Below, piece by piece: positions 28,994 to 38,900 of a DNA stretch of 64,000 nt; position 1 is the stretch's first letter; each line of letters starts with the position of its first letter. The notes under the pieces were generated by a model. The model was not told the DNA's origin. It did no database searches and worked only from the letters and a program-made list of their open reading frames with translations. Source of the stretch: Candidatus Pacearchaeota archaeon (GTDB taxonomy: Archaea; Nanobdellota; Nanobdellia; Pacearchaeales; GW2011-AR1); contig JAGLQO010000005.1 in the NCBI GenBank assembly GCA_023136775.1, positions 8,198-72,197 of the forward strand. The letters are read 5' to 3'. Both the position numbers and the translations under genes were made by a program.

Positions 28994-29129
28994 TTATAAT
29001 TCTTGCTAGCGATTTCGTCGCAAAAAATTTCTCATGTGCGCTTGTACACTACTAAATTTTTTACTTAGAAATCGTGTCGCAATAATTATAATTTCTTATG
29101 GAAGAAAACTTTTCTAATCAAAAATAACA

Positions 29130-29266
29130 TCCATTCCGAACAACGGGAATTTGAAACAAATTCCCTTTATATATCAGACCGTCTGCGACCTGTGCGGTAA
29201 GCGGTCTGGATTTAAAATCCTGTGTGGATTTCCCTGGCATTTTTTTCACCAGAAAAAAAGCCAACA
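29130..29266 (+). repeat. R1 repeat, partial copy D, upstream of the DUF106 gene
   Basis: cattccgaacaacgggaat...tttatatatcagaccgtctgcgac...gcggtaagcggt...hairpin aaatcc-tgtgt-ggattt...ttttttcaccagaaaaaaagccaac. Confidence 0.6.
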
Positions 29267-29297
29267 TCTTTATATAGGATAATTTACAATATTAAAT

Positions 29298-29708
29298 ATG
29301 ATAACTGGCGCTATGATTACAGAGATGCTTTCTGTCCAACCTAAATATTCCATTGCAATGTTTTCCGTTTTAGTGACGCTAGTCTCAACTATGGTTCAAA
29401 AATGGCTAACGAATCAAGAACATTTGAAGACACTAAAAGCTAGGCAAAAAGAACTTCAAAAAGAAATCAAAAAGACAAAAGACCCAACACTTTTACAAGG
29501 AATTAACAAAGAAATGATGGACATTACAATGGTTATGTTTAAGTCTTCAATGAAACCAATGTTTGTTACAATAATTCCATTCCTACTTTTGTTTAGTCGG
29601 CTTAAAGGCGTATATGTTCCAGTTCTTGGAAGTTCCTGGATTTGGTATTACTTAGGGTATTCTATAGTAGCCTCAATGATAATCAGAAAAGTATTCAAAG
29701 TCGCATAG
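29298..29708 (+). CDS. YidC/Oxa1-like DUF106 membrane insertase homologue
   Basis: TM, then the K-rich coiled coil KELQKEIKKTKDPTLLQGINKEMMDITMVMFKSSMKPMF, then TM. This matches the Oxa1/DUF106 hairpin-region signature. Expected synteny next to secY. Confidence 0.5.
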   Translation: MITGAMITEMLSVQPKYSIAMFSVLVTLVSTMVQKWLTNQEHLKTLKARQKELQKEIKKTKDPTLLQGINKEMMDITMVMFKSSMKPMFVTIIPFLLLFSRLKGVYVPVLGSSWIWYYLGYSIVASMIIRKVFKVA

Positions 29709-29984
29709 ACCCCTTTTTTAAAAAAAGCCTCTTGGAGAAAAATCAAATTGGTTTATTTTATTTTTCAATTCGCTAATAACAAATTGAAAATAAAATAAAC
29801 GATATAAGGCGAAATTAAATTTCTTTACGCGCCTGTCCAGAGGACAACCTGTCGCTAAAATTTGATTTCGCATACTTGGCTGCTCAATTGCGAAATTAAA
29901 TTTCGATCGGGGTCACCAGAGCCATGCCCGTTGAGGCCCGTAACTTGGAAACTAATCGCTCAATTCTTTCACTTCAACAATCAA

Positions 29985-30045
29985 ACTCCATGAGAAATGC
30001 AGCGTCGAAGATGCTGCAATTTTTTATGGAAGAAATTAAACAAGG
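29985..30045 (+). repeat. R1 repeat, fragment (ctccatgagaaatgcagcgtcgaagatgctgcaattttttatggaagaa)
   Basis: Identical block in the copy at 62790. Confidence 0.5.
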
Positions 30046-30079
30046 CAAAAAACAACCCCCCCAACAAGTTATTGTCTTG

Positions 30080-30180
30080 AATCCGTGAATGGGCAAGCCC
30101 ATCCGTGCAAATCCGTGAGCTATTAAAATAACCAAAAACTCCCAAAGCAAAAAATCCGTGTAATCCGCGAGCAAAAAATT
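30080..30180 (+). repeat. R2 module (AATCCGTGAA-hairpin tgggcaagccca-TCCGTGCAAATCCGTGAGC ... AATCCGCGAGCAAAA)
   Basis: Near-identical to 59048-59150. Confidence 0.65.
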
Positions 30181-30197
30181 AGCCCAATTCCCAAACT

Positions 30198-31781
30198 TTA
30201 AATCGCAAACTTCTTCCCAGAATTAGTCATCTCATTACTCTTCCACTCCTTCCGAGAAGCCCTACCCTTAGCCCTCATAGCTTTTCGCAAAGTATAATTA
30301 ATCGGATTCTTCATCCCAGGCTCAGGCGGAGAAGTAATCCCAAACTCCTTGTAAATCGGCTTATCATAATTAGGCGGCAACCGCTTATTCTTCAAAGCCC
30401 ACATAATTTGCGCCCGAATATAACCCTCCTTAATCGGCTGATAATTTTTCTTATTCCATTCCCTAATCCTCTCCTCAATATAATCCTGCGGAAATTCCAA
30501 ACTAGTAAAAAAAGAAAGCAACAACCCAAGCGCCCTCTTTCGACCATCAGTCGGAATCCCTTTAAGCAACTTTTTAATAATCGGCGGAAACATATCGTCA
30601 GTAATCGCAAGACCCGCGACATCAATAGACCCACCCTCATATTTCCGAGGCATTTCCTTCGGAGCTTCTTCATAATATTTTTCAATAGAATGAAGCAAAA
30701 GATTCTCAGCCTCATTTGGCTCCACCTTAGGCATAAAATCCCGAACCTTAACAATTTTTATAGGTTCAGCATCACTAGGTTTAAAATTTTCAATCTCATC
30801 TTTACGAAGAGGAATCGAAGCGAACGCAGTTTTTTCATGAAGCGAATAAGGAGCTCTAAACAAATGACGAGAAGCCACCAAAACAAAATCAACAGAATCC
30901 TCTTGAGATTTGATAGTTTGCTCTTCTTTAAATTGCATTTTTGATTTTTTTATTTCCAAACCAACAGTCGAAATTTTACACTTTTTACAAAAATCAGTTT
31001 TTCTCTCACTCACCCTTTCCATCTTTGCATTACAGCTTGGACAAATCATAGTAGACTTCTTTTTTATCGGGCTTTCAATTTCTGTTTTGCATTTAATGTC
31101 TGGACATTTATATTTATAGAATATTTTTTCATCAATTGATTCTTGACATTTTGGACAAACTTTTTCTATTGTCAATTCTCCAACCTCAATTAATTTTTCA
31201 CGACTAGACATCCCCAAAATCTCAGAATTCATAGGATCTTTAATTTCATCAAACAAATATTTGGCAATATACCGAGCCCATTCAGGAAAATGATCTTTTG
31301 TTAATTTCCCCCTAACCTCAATTGGAAACGCCGCAAAAGGAACAATTAAATGAAATCCTTTTGACCCACTAAATTTTATTCCATAATTTTTAACCCCATG
31401 TTTCTCCAAAGTCTCAAGCAAAAGCCGAAGAGCAATTTTCCCATAATCAAGATAAGGCGAATCAATATCAATCAATAAATCCCACCCAGCCTTAATTTCA
31501 TTATATTGTGCAGGCGTCATATTCGTATCAATATCCATCGGATTCTTCCAAATCTCCTCACTGCAATGAAATGAAGTCGCACCAGTCCGAGCTATACTTA
31601 ACACATCGGAAGGATAATCAAACGTGTCAGGTCTCTTAGAAAAATACTTATTATTAAAATTAGCAACAGTTTCCCTGCCTTTACAAAACTCAAACATAGC
31701 AGCCTGAACATCTTTCCGAGCATAATGCGAAAGCGCCGCAATCTGCACTTTACTCATCGGCTCAGTCTGATAATTCCCCAT
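30198..31781 (-). CDS. priS: DNA primase small subunit PriS (AEP) with inserted zinc ribbons and a ~150-aa C-terminal extension
   Basis: LLIDIDSPYLDY and IKFSGSKGFHLIVPF (AEP motifs I and II). Several CxxC pairs. Extension with GIPTDGRKRALGLLLSFF. Confidence 0.65.
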   Translation of the reverse strand: MGNYQTEPMSKVQIAALSHYARKDVQAAMFEFCKGRETVANFNNKYFSKRPDTFDYPSDVLSIARTGATSFHCSEEIWKNPMDIDTNMTPAQYNEIKAGWDLLIDIDSPYLDYGKIALRLLLETLEKHGVKNYGIKFSGSKGFHLIVPFAAFPIEVRGKLTKDHFPEWARYIAKYLFDEIKDPMNSEILGMSSREKLIEVGELTIEKVCPKCQESIDEKIFYKYKCPDIKCKTEIESPIKKKSTMICPSCNAKMERVSERKTDFCKKCKISTVGLEIKKSKMQFKEEQTIKSQEDSVDFVLVASRHLFRAPYSLHEKTAFASIPLRKDEIENFKPSDAEPIKIVKVRDFMPKVEPNEAENLLLHSIEKYYEEAPKEMPRKYEGGSIDVAGLAITDDMFPPIIKKLLKGIPTDGRKRALGLLLSFFTSLEFPQDYIEERIREWNKKNYQPIKEGYIRAQIMWALKNKRLPPNYDKPIYKEFGITSPPEPGMKNPINYTLRKAMRAKGRASRKEWKSNEMTNSGKKFAI

Positions 31782-31864
31782 ACAATTATATAGGGTTTTG
31801 TTTAATAAAGAGTTTGCGTTTTAACCATAATAATCCTTATAAATAGAATACGACTTTTCATTAT

Positions 31865-32587
31865 ATGATATTAAAGCTAGACGACCCAAAATTAATGAGC
31901 GACGCTATAGCTATCGTTTCTGAAATTGTTTCTGAAGTAAGAATAAAACTTTTACCTGACGGAATGAGCATCGTGGCAGTAGACCCAGCAAATGTTGCAC
32001 TAGTAATTTTCAAACTACCAAAAGAATCTTTCTCAGAATATGACGCAGGAAGTGAAGTTTGGGGAGTAAATCTAGACGATCTAAAAAAGATTTTAAAAAG
32101 AGCAGGAGCTTCAAGTAGCATTGTTCTAGAAGAATGCGAAGGGAAATTAAAAATAACAATTTTCGATAAAATCAAAAGAACATTTAATCTTTCACTAATC
32201 GAAGTTTCTTCCGAGGATAAAGACATCCCAGAATTAAACTTCGCAACCAGAATAGAAATGAACTCAGTTGATTTCGCCCAAGCAATCGAAGACACAAATG
32301 TAGTAGCAGACTCTTGCGCATTAATAAAAACAGGAGATGTTTTTTCGGTTGAAGGATCAGGAAATTTAAATTCAGCTAAAGCAGAATTTTCAGGAGAAGA
32401 CTTAGAAATGTTTGGAATCGGAAGATCAAAATATTCATTAGAATATATGATGAAATTTATCAAAGCATTAAAGATTTCTTCAAGAGTCGTAGTAAATTTC
32501 TCCGACGATTATCCACTAAGACTAGATTTTCCAGGCGAAAAAATGGGAATAGGTTTCGTTCTAGCTCCAAGAGTAGAAAACGATTAA
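31865..32587 (+). CDS. pcn: DNA polymerase sliding clamp PCNA
   Basis: 240 aa with MILKLDDPKLMSDAIAIVSEIVSEVRIKLLPDGMSIVAVDPANVALV, typical of archaeal PCNA. Confidence 0.8.
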   Translation: MILKLDDPKLMSDAIAIVSEIVSEVRIKLLPDGMSIVAVDPANVALVIFKLPKESFSEYDAGSEVWGVNLDDLKKILKRAGASSSIVLEECEGKLKITIFDKIKRTFNLSLIEVSSEDKDIPELNFATRIEMNSVDFAQAIEDTNVVADSCALIKTGDVFSVEGSGNLNSAKAEFSGEDLEMFGIGRSKYSLEYMMKFIKALKISSRVVVNFSDDYPLRLDFPGEKMGIGFVLAPRVEND

Positions 32588-32648
32588 ATTAGTTTTGATT
32601 TTTCAATTACAACCATAATTTTAAATAAATTGAAAGATATATTATAAA

Positions 32649-33692
32649 ATGACAAGAGAATTAACAATAAAAGATGAAGTGACCGATTTTTTACTTTATA
32701 ATTCACCAGATGGGAAAATTAAAGTAGATGTATTTTTGCACAATGAAGATGTTTGGCTTAATCAGAAGAATATGTCTGAACTTTTTGGAGTGGGTATCCC
32801 CGCAATTTCCAAGCATTTAGAAAATATATATACAGAGCGAGAACTGAATAAGGATTCAACTATTTCCATTTTGGAAATAGTTCAAAGGGAGGGGTTGAGA
32901 GATGTAAGGAGAGAACAGTTATTCTATAATCTTGACGCTATAATCTCAGTGGGATATCGTGTCAATTCTTCAAAGGCAACTCAATTCAGGATATGGTCAA
33001 CCAAGATTTTAAAAGAATATATTATCAAAGGATTTGCTCTTGATGATGAGCGACTAAAAAACGGAAAATATTTCGGCAAAGATTATTTTAAAGAACTTCT
33101 TGAGAGAGTTAGGTCAATTAGGGCAAGCGAAAGAAGGATTTATCAACAGATTACTGATATTTTTGCAGAATGCAGTATTGACTACGATAAGGATTCAAAT
33201 ACAACAAAGGAGTTTTATTCTACAGTTCAGAATAAATTCCATTACGCAATATCGGGACAAACAGCAGCAGAAATAATTTACAACAAAGCGGATTCTAATA
33301 AAAGGAGTATGGGGCTAGTTGCCTAGAAGAATTCCCCGGAAGGCAAAGTATTAAAATCAGATACAATAGTCGCCAAAAATTATCTTTCTGAAAATAAAAT
33401 TAAAAGATTAGAAAGAGTAATTTTTAGCTTCTTTGACTATCTTGAAAATTTAATTGAGAATAGGACAACTATGAAAATGAAAGATCTATCAGAAAGTGTA
33501 AATAAATTTTTAGATTTTAATGAATATAAAATATTGGAAAATAAAGGAGAGATATCCTTTAATGATGCAAAAACAAAAGCCTTCATAGAATATGATTTAT
33601 TTAACAAGACTCAAAAGTTTACTTCTGATTTTGACAAGCTAATAAAAGAACAAAACTTAATTCAATCTTCACACTTAAGAAACGATTAGTCA
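32649..33692 (+). pseudogene. RhuM-family virulence-associated protein interrupted by a single in-frame TAG (33324-33326) at a conserved Trp position
   Basis: The two ORFs 32649-33326 and 33471-33689 are in the same frame with no other stop. Sequence across the stop reads MGLVA*KNSPEGKVLKSD where RhuM homologues have a Trp (recalled). Confidence 0.55.
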
Positions 33693-33832
33693 AGTTTGTT
33701 CCAAACTTGTTAATATCTGGTTCGCCTCCAGCGAACACTTGTCCATTCAATCGCGAAAATTCTTTTCGCTTCAACATCCCATCACCCCATCGCCCAAACA
33801 ACTCCTCACTCCCAAAATCATTGCCCCCCCCC

Positions 33833-33925
33833 AATTCGTGAGAAGTCCTGAGTTAATCCGTGGATAAAATTGTTTTTCTTCCCCTGCTTTAAATCCACTG
33901 AATCCTTATAATCCGCGAGCAAAAT
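33833..33925 (+). repeat. R2 module, degenerate copy
   Basis: aattcgtgag...taatccgtgg...aaatccactgaatccttataatccgcgagcaaaa. Confidence 0.5.
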
Positions 33926-33939
33926 TGTTTCCAATCTTA

Positions 33940-34250
33940 GTTTCTCACCACCCCTTTCCCCGTCATAAAACTATGAACATTCATAATAATATACACAATA
34001 ATATATATCATCATATTCATACTATTTTACACTATAGAATAAATAATAAATTACATCTCTATATCCATAATAAACTTAATAATAAAACTAGCAATAATAT
34101 TAACAATAAATAACATTATAATATCAATAAGTAAATAACTACTAAATTTATTTCTATTCTAAATAATAATCTTAATAATAAAATACTAGTGCCTTATCAA
34201 AAGCAAATTAATAACAAACTTTATAAGTAAACTATTTCTATAATTCTTAT
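33940..34250. repeat. extreme AT-rich low-complexity tract (about 85-90% AT)
   Basis: Seen directly. The ORF 33925-34113 (MFPILVSHHPF...NIHNNIHNN) is a low-complexity artefact. Confidence 0.6.
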
Positions 34251-34434
34251 GAATGTCCATAATAAGAAGATAATTGACCTCATTAAAAAAGAAAGAATAG
34301 TAACATCGTCCGAAGTCGCAGGGCATCTAGGAGTCTCTTGGAACACCGCTGAAAAATATTTATTAGAACTAATTATAGACGGAAAAGTTGAAAGAATTAA
34401 AAAAGTGGGGGTAAACTTATGGCTTCTAAAGTAA
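34249..34434 (+). CDS. small winged-HTH DNA-binding protein
   Basis: 61 aa. VTSSEVAGHLGVSWNTAEKYLLELIIDGKVERIKK. Confidence 0.5.
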   Translation: MNVHNKKIIDLIKKERIVTSSEVAGHLGVSWNTAEKYLLELIIDGKVERIKKVGVNLWLLK

Positions 34435-35111
34435 CAGTAATTCTAATCACTTTGGTTTACATTTTTGCATTCGCATTCTTAGTTAGAGCAGACCCAACGG
34501 GACCAGACAGTATAGTTCGTGGTACAAATGAAACTTGGTCAGGTTCTACTTCTGGAGAAATGGTAAACATATCAGGCGGATACATAGCAAAAATGAACAT
34601 TACATCAACTCAGCAAAATAGTCGTTGGAAAGCTTTCCTCGGAAACGTAGTAGGAAAATTCACACTTAACGACGGCTCAGGCGCAACAATTTACGATTGG
34701 TCTTCAGCTTCAGTTGCTGGTGAAGTCTTGGCATCAAGAAATTCCACATCAATTGATTGGTCCTCTATAGGTTGCGCATCTACTGCGAACATGGAAGCAG
34801 AAAATACAGCCCTAGGTCATTTCGGCTCAGACAATATCACAGCAACATTCAATAAAACTGGAGGAAATTATCAGATTGCTGGACAAGCAGCCAATAATTG
34901 CCCAGCAACAAACCCCTATGTAAATAATAATACTCAAGATACAGCTTTCCAAGAAATTGTTTTGAGCGTCGGAGGTGACATTGTTTATGCAGCAAATATT
35001 AACGCAACAGCAACAGGTTACGACGGGAACACTTACGATTTCCAAATGATAGTGCCAGAAGGAACAGCTGCAGGAAATACTCCATATTACCTTTACGTCG
35101 AACTCGACTAA
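34419..35111 (+). CDS. secreted protein rich in N-glycosylation sequons
   Basis: Signal peptide ...FLVRA|DPT. At least 10 N-x-S/T sequons (NET, NIS, NIT, NST, NIT, NKT, NNT, NAT ...). Confidence 0.5.
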   Translation: MASKVTVILITLVYIFAFAFLVRADPTGPDSIVRGTNETWSGSTSGEMVNISGGYIAKMNITSTQQNSRWKAFLGNVVGKFTLNDGSGATIYDWSSASVAGEVLASRNSTSIDWSSIGCASTANMEAENTALGHFGSDNITATFNKTGGNYQIAGQAANNCPATNPYVNNNTQDTAFQEIVLSVGGDIVYAANINATATGYDGNTYDFQMIVPEGTAAGNTPYYLYVELD

Positions 35112-35202
35112 CTATCACATATCATAATCGCGTGCGTCAGATTGAACAATCCCAACTGTTCAATCTGGCACCCCGATAAATAAATTATTTTATAAAGAAC
35201 AA

Positions 35203-35985
35203 ATGCTAAAAATAATAATGGAAAGAGGGGGAAAGAGAGGACAAGTAACTTTGTTTATAATTTTAGGAATAATATTAGTAGCTGGGATTATAGCAACATC
35301 AGTTCTTTTGTTAAATGTAGAACCAGAAACAAATACCCCAGAAATTCTAGGACCAAGAGCGTTTATAGATAAATGTGTAAGAGATGCAGTAGAAGTCTCA
35401 GTTGAAAAAATAATATTAGGAGGGGGAGAAATAGAACCAAGTTTAACTATAATGCATAATAGTACAAATTATACATATCTTTGTCATCAGCCAGATCTGT
35501 ATAAAACTTGCTACAATCTACATCCAACATTAGAAAGTGATATAGAGAAAGTGATAAAATCAGATACAAATAACGCAGTATCAGAGTGTTTTAATGCTAT
35601 GAGAGAAGATTTTGAAAATAGAGGGTATGATGTCATAGGTAATGACACATATTATTCAATAAGTATTCTATCAGGAGAAATAAAAATCAATTTAGAAAAA
35701 TCAATTACAATATCTAAAGATGATACATCTCAAAATTTTAATAGTTTTAATACAAAAATAATACATCCGTTACATGAAATACTTAGAACAGTTCATAGAA
35801 TTACAACATCAGAATCTCAACATTGCTATTTTGACGCAACAGGGCACATGTTGCTATATCCACAAGAAAAAATTAGAATAATAAATTATCAAAGCAGCAA
35901 GCTTTATAGAATAATAAATCGTAAAACTAATATAGAATTTAAATTTGCAGTAAGAGGATGTGTTCGTCCAGCAGGATTAATTTAA
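35203..35985 (+). CDS. type IV pilin-like protein, class III signal peptide with Gln at +1 (EppA-type), paralogue A
   Basis: MERGGKRG|QVTLFIILGIILVAGIIATSVLLL. Four conserved Cys shared with the paralogue at 39765. Confidence 0.6.
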   Translation: MLKIIMERGGKRGQVTLFIILGIILVAGIIATSVLLLNVEPETNTPEILGPRAFIDKCVRDAVEVSVEKIILGGGEIEPSLTIMHNSTNYTYLCHQPDLYKTCYNLHPTLESDIEKVIKSDTNNAVSECFNAMREDFENRGYDVIGNDTYYSISILSGEIKINLEKSITISKDDTSQNFNSFNTKIIHPLHEILRTVHRITTSESQHCYFDATGHMLLYPQEKIRIINYQSSKLYRIINRKTNIEFKFAVRGCVRPAGLI

Positions 35986-38900
35986 TGGGAGAAAATAAAA
36001 ATAAAAAAATAATAGCAAGTTTTGAATTAACATTAATAATAATGTCAATGTTCGCATTTTCATATATGATTTCAGATTACAATGAATTGTCGATAATTAC
36101 TCCAAAAGAAATATCATTATTAGAAAAAATAAAAATTATTAGCCATATAGGATTAAACAAATTAAAATCACCAATTATTCCAGTTGTATCTGCGCTAGAA
36201 CAAGACGGATGTTGCGAATTGACAATAAAAGGAGAAGAATGTAAGTCATCAGTAGTTGCATCAGACTGCACAGTTCCAATAATAGAGGGAAGGGTATGTA
36301 GTGACGATGATGTTCAAGTTTGTGTAAGAGGTTGTTGTTATGAGGAATCTACAGGAAGATACATCCCAGATAGCCTTCAATCAAGTTGTGTTGATTGGAT
36401 TCCAAATCCTAGTTGTAGTATTCCAGAAGCTAGACTTGGATGCTGTGTAACGGGAGAAAGTGTAATTCCTGATATTACCGAAGCAGCGTGTCAAATAGAA
36501 TCAGAAAATAGAGGATATGATTCAGTAGATTGGAACTTAGGAATGGACGCAGCAAGTTGTACATGGATTGCAGGAGCAACAGATAAGGGAGCATGCGTTT
36601 TTCCTAGTGGAATTTGTTCTTTTGGGGCTAGATCTGAATGTTCGCCAGAAAATGAATTCCGAAAAGATTATTTGTGCACAGCTCCAATTTTAGAAACATC
36701 TTGTAAAATGACAGGCGAAACAACTTGTGTTGAAGGTAGGGATGAAGTGTATTTTATAGATGATTGTGGAAATTTGGCAAACGTATATGATTCTAGTAAA
36801 ATAGATGATGTTGCTTATTGGACTACTGTTCAAGACCCTACTTGCGGAGTAAATTCTCAAGATGGCAATGCGAATTCCAAAGATTGTGGAAATTGTAATT
36901 TAAATACAGGTGGAAGCTGTGCGTCTGCTTTGCAAGATGATTTTAAAGCAGATTCTGGAGATAATTACTGTAGGTCAACAGGATGTTATTTTGATGTTAC
37001 GGGTGAAGGAGAAGAATTTTTAATGACTGGAGAATCTTGGTGTATGTATGACGGAAAAATAGGAGATGGTAAAGATATTCCAGGTTCGTCACATTGGAGA
37101 TATGAATGTGATCAAGGAGAAATAATTTCAATCAGATGCGGGGATCAATATAGAAATAGTATATGCATAGGAGGTTCAGAGGCAGAAATAGATGGAGTTA
37201 ATACTGGCTTTAGAGTTGCTACATGTGCTCCAAATAATTGGGTACAATGTCTAAATGTTAATACCGAAGAAAATATGGAAAATGGAATTGTAGAAGAAGA
37301 ATGTAATAAACTCTTGAATTGTAGAACAGAAAAATTATCTATAAGTGAAAAATATTTTGAATTTGATATATGTGTTCCAGAATATCCAGCAGGGTTTAAT
37401 ACAAAAACACAAATCCAAGAAGTTAATAAAAATTTATGTGGAATAGCAAGTATGACATGTGTAATTCCAAGAGATCCAGAATTCTGGGATGGGTGTGGAT
37501 GGTCAAAAGATGAAGATGATATTAAAATTAATAAAGGATGTACATCTGAAGAATTTACCAAACAAATGAATGATTTCTGCATAGGACTTGGGGACTGTGG
37601 AGCTAACGTAAATATTGTAGGGGTTCGTTCTGATAGCTATGATGTAAGATATACACTTTCTGATATGTCTGATGGAGTAATATCGAGAAGTAAATTGAAA
37701 TCCAATACTGAAAAATTATCTACAAATTATCTACAAAATATTATGTCTATGAACATTCCAACTATACCGCATCAAATAGCAAAAGATGAAGATTATACAA
37801 AAATGTTAGAATCTCTAGGGATGATTGAAATACAAACGGAAGGTATCCCAGATGAGAGACAGGGTGACGACTTTTATGATTTTTCAATGTGGGGTTCAGC
37901 AGGAATAGCAACGGCTATTTATGGTGGAGTAGCATTATTTGGACTAGAAGCTGGCGTATCATTTTCAGCAACTAAAATATTATCTGGATTAGGGCAGTTA
38001 ACAGGAGGTGCGGCATGGCTAGGTCCAGTAATGGGAGCTTTCGCAGGAGTAGCTGCAGGACTATATGTTTCAGAAGCATTAGGAGCTTCAGGTGTTTCAA
38101 CAGTTATAATAACAGGAGGGCTAGCAGCTGCAGGAGCATTAGCAGGAGTAGCAATGACGTCTCTTGCATTTCCAGGGATAGGTTGGGCAATTGCAGGATC
38201 AATAGCATTAGCAGCATTAGGAGCTTCTATAGCAAAATTTATTGAAGACGATTGCGAACCAATAGAAGTTAAATTTGAATGTAAGCCATGGAGACAGCCA
38301 CAAGGAGGAGAAAATTGTGATCAATGCAATAATGACCCATTAAGACCCTGTAATAAATATCGTTGTCATAGTCTGGGGGCAGCATGTGAATTAGAAAATG
38401 TAGGAACAGTTGATGAAAGTTGTATAGCATCTCCAGATGATGGAGCTCCATTATTTATAACGACAGGAGCAACTTCAGACAATGCTATATATTCAGATTT
38501 TGATGATACTCTTGGGAGTAGTTGGGCATCTGCATCAATACCTTCAGGCGGATGTTTTAATGCTTACGAAACAATAGTTTTGGGAATAAATATAAGTAAA
38601 ATAGCATATTGTAGATATGCTACAACAGAAAGTGATTTTGAAGATATGGAAGATTTCGGATCAAATACATATCTAAAACAACAATATCTAACTTTGCATG
38701 TACCAGATCCAAGTAGAGGAATAAGCCAAGGAATAGATTGGTCAGAAGATATAGATTTATTTATTAAATGTGAAGGAGCATATGAAAACATTGAAAACAT
38801 TGGATTTTATAAAATAGATTTATGCATAAATCAAGGTGAAGACATAGGAGCACCTATAATAGAAGCGAAATCTCCTGAAGATGATTCGTTAGTAGGATTT

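Noticed and set aside
31861-32463. Minus-strand 200-aa ORF opposite PCNA
   Set aside because: Antisense shadow ORF of a well-supported PCNA gene.
33925-34113. ORF in the AT-rich tract (MFPILVSHHPF...NIHNNIHNN...)
   Set aside because: Low-complexity translation of an 85-90% AT region. Artefact.
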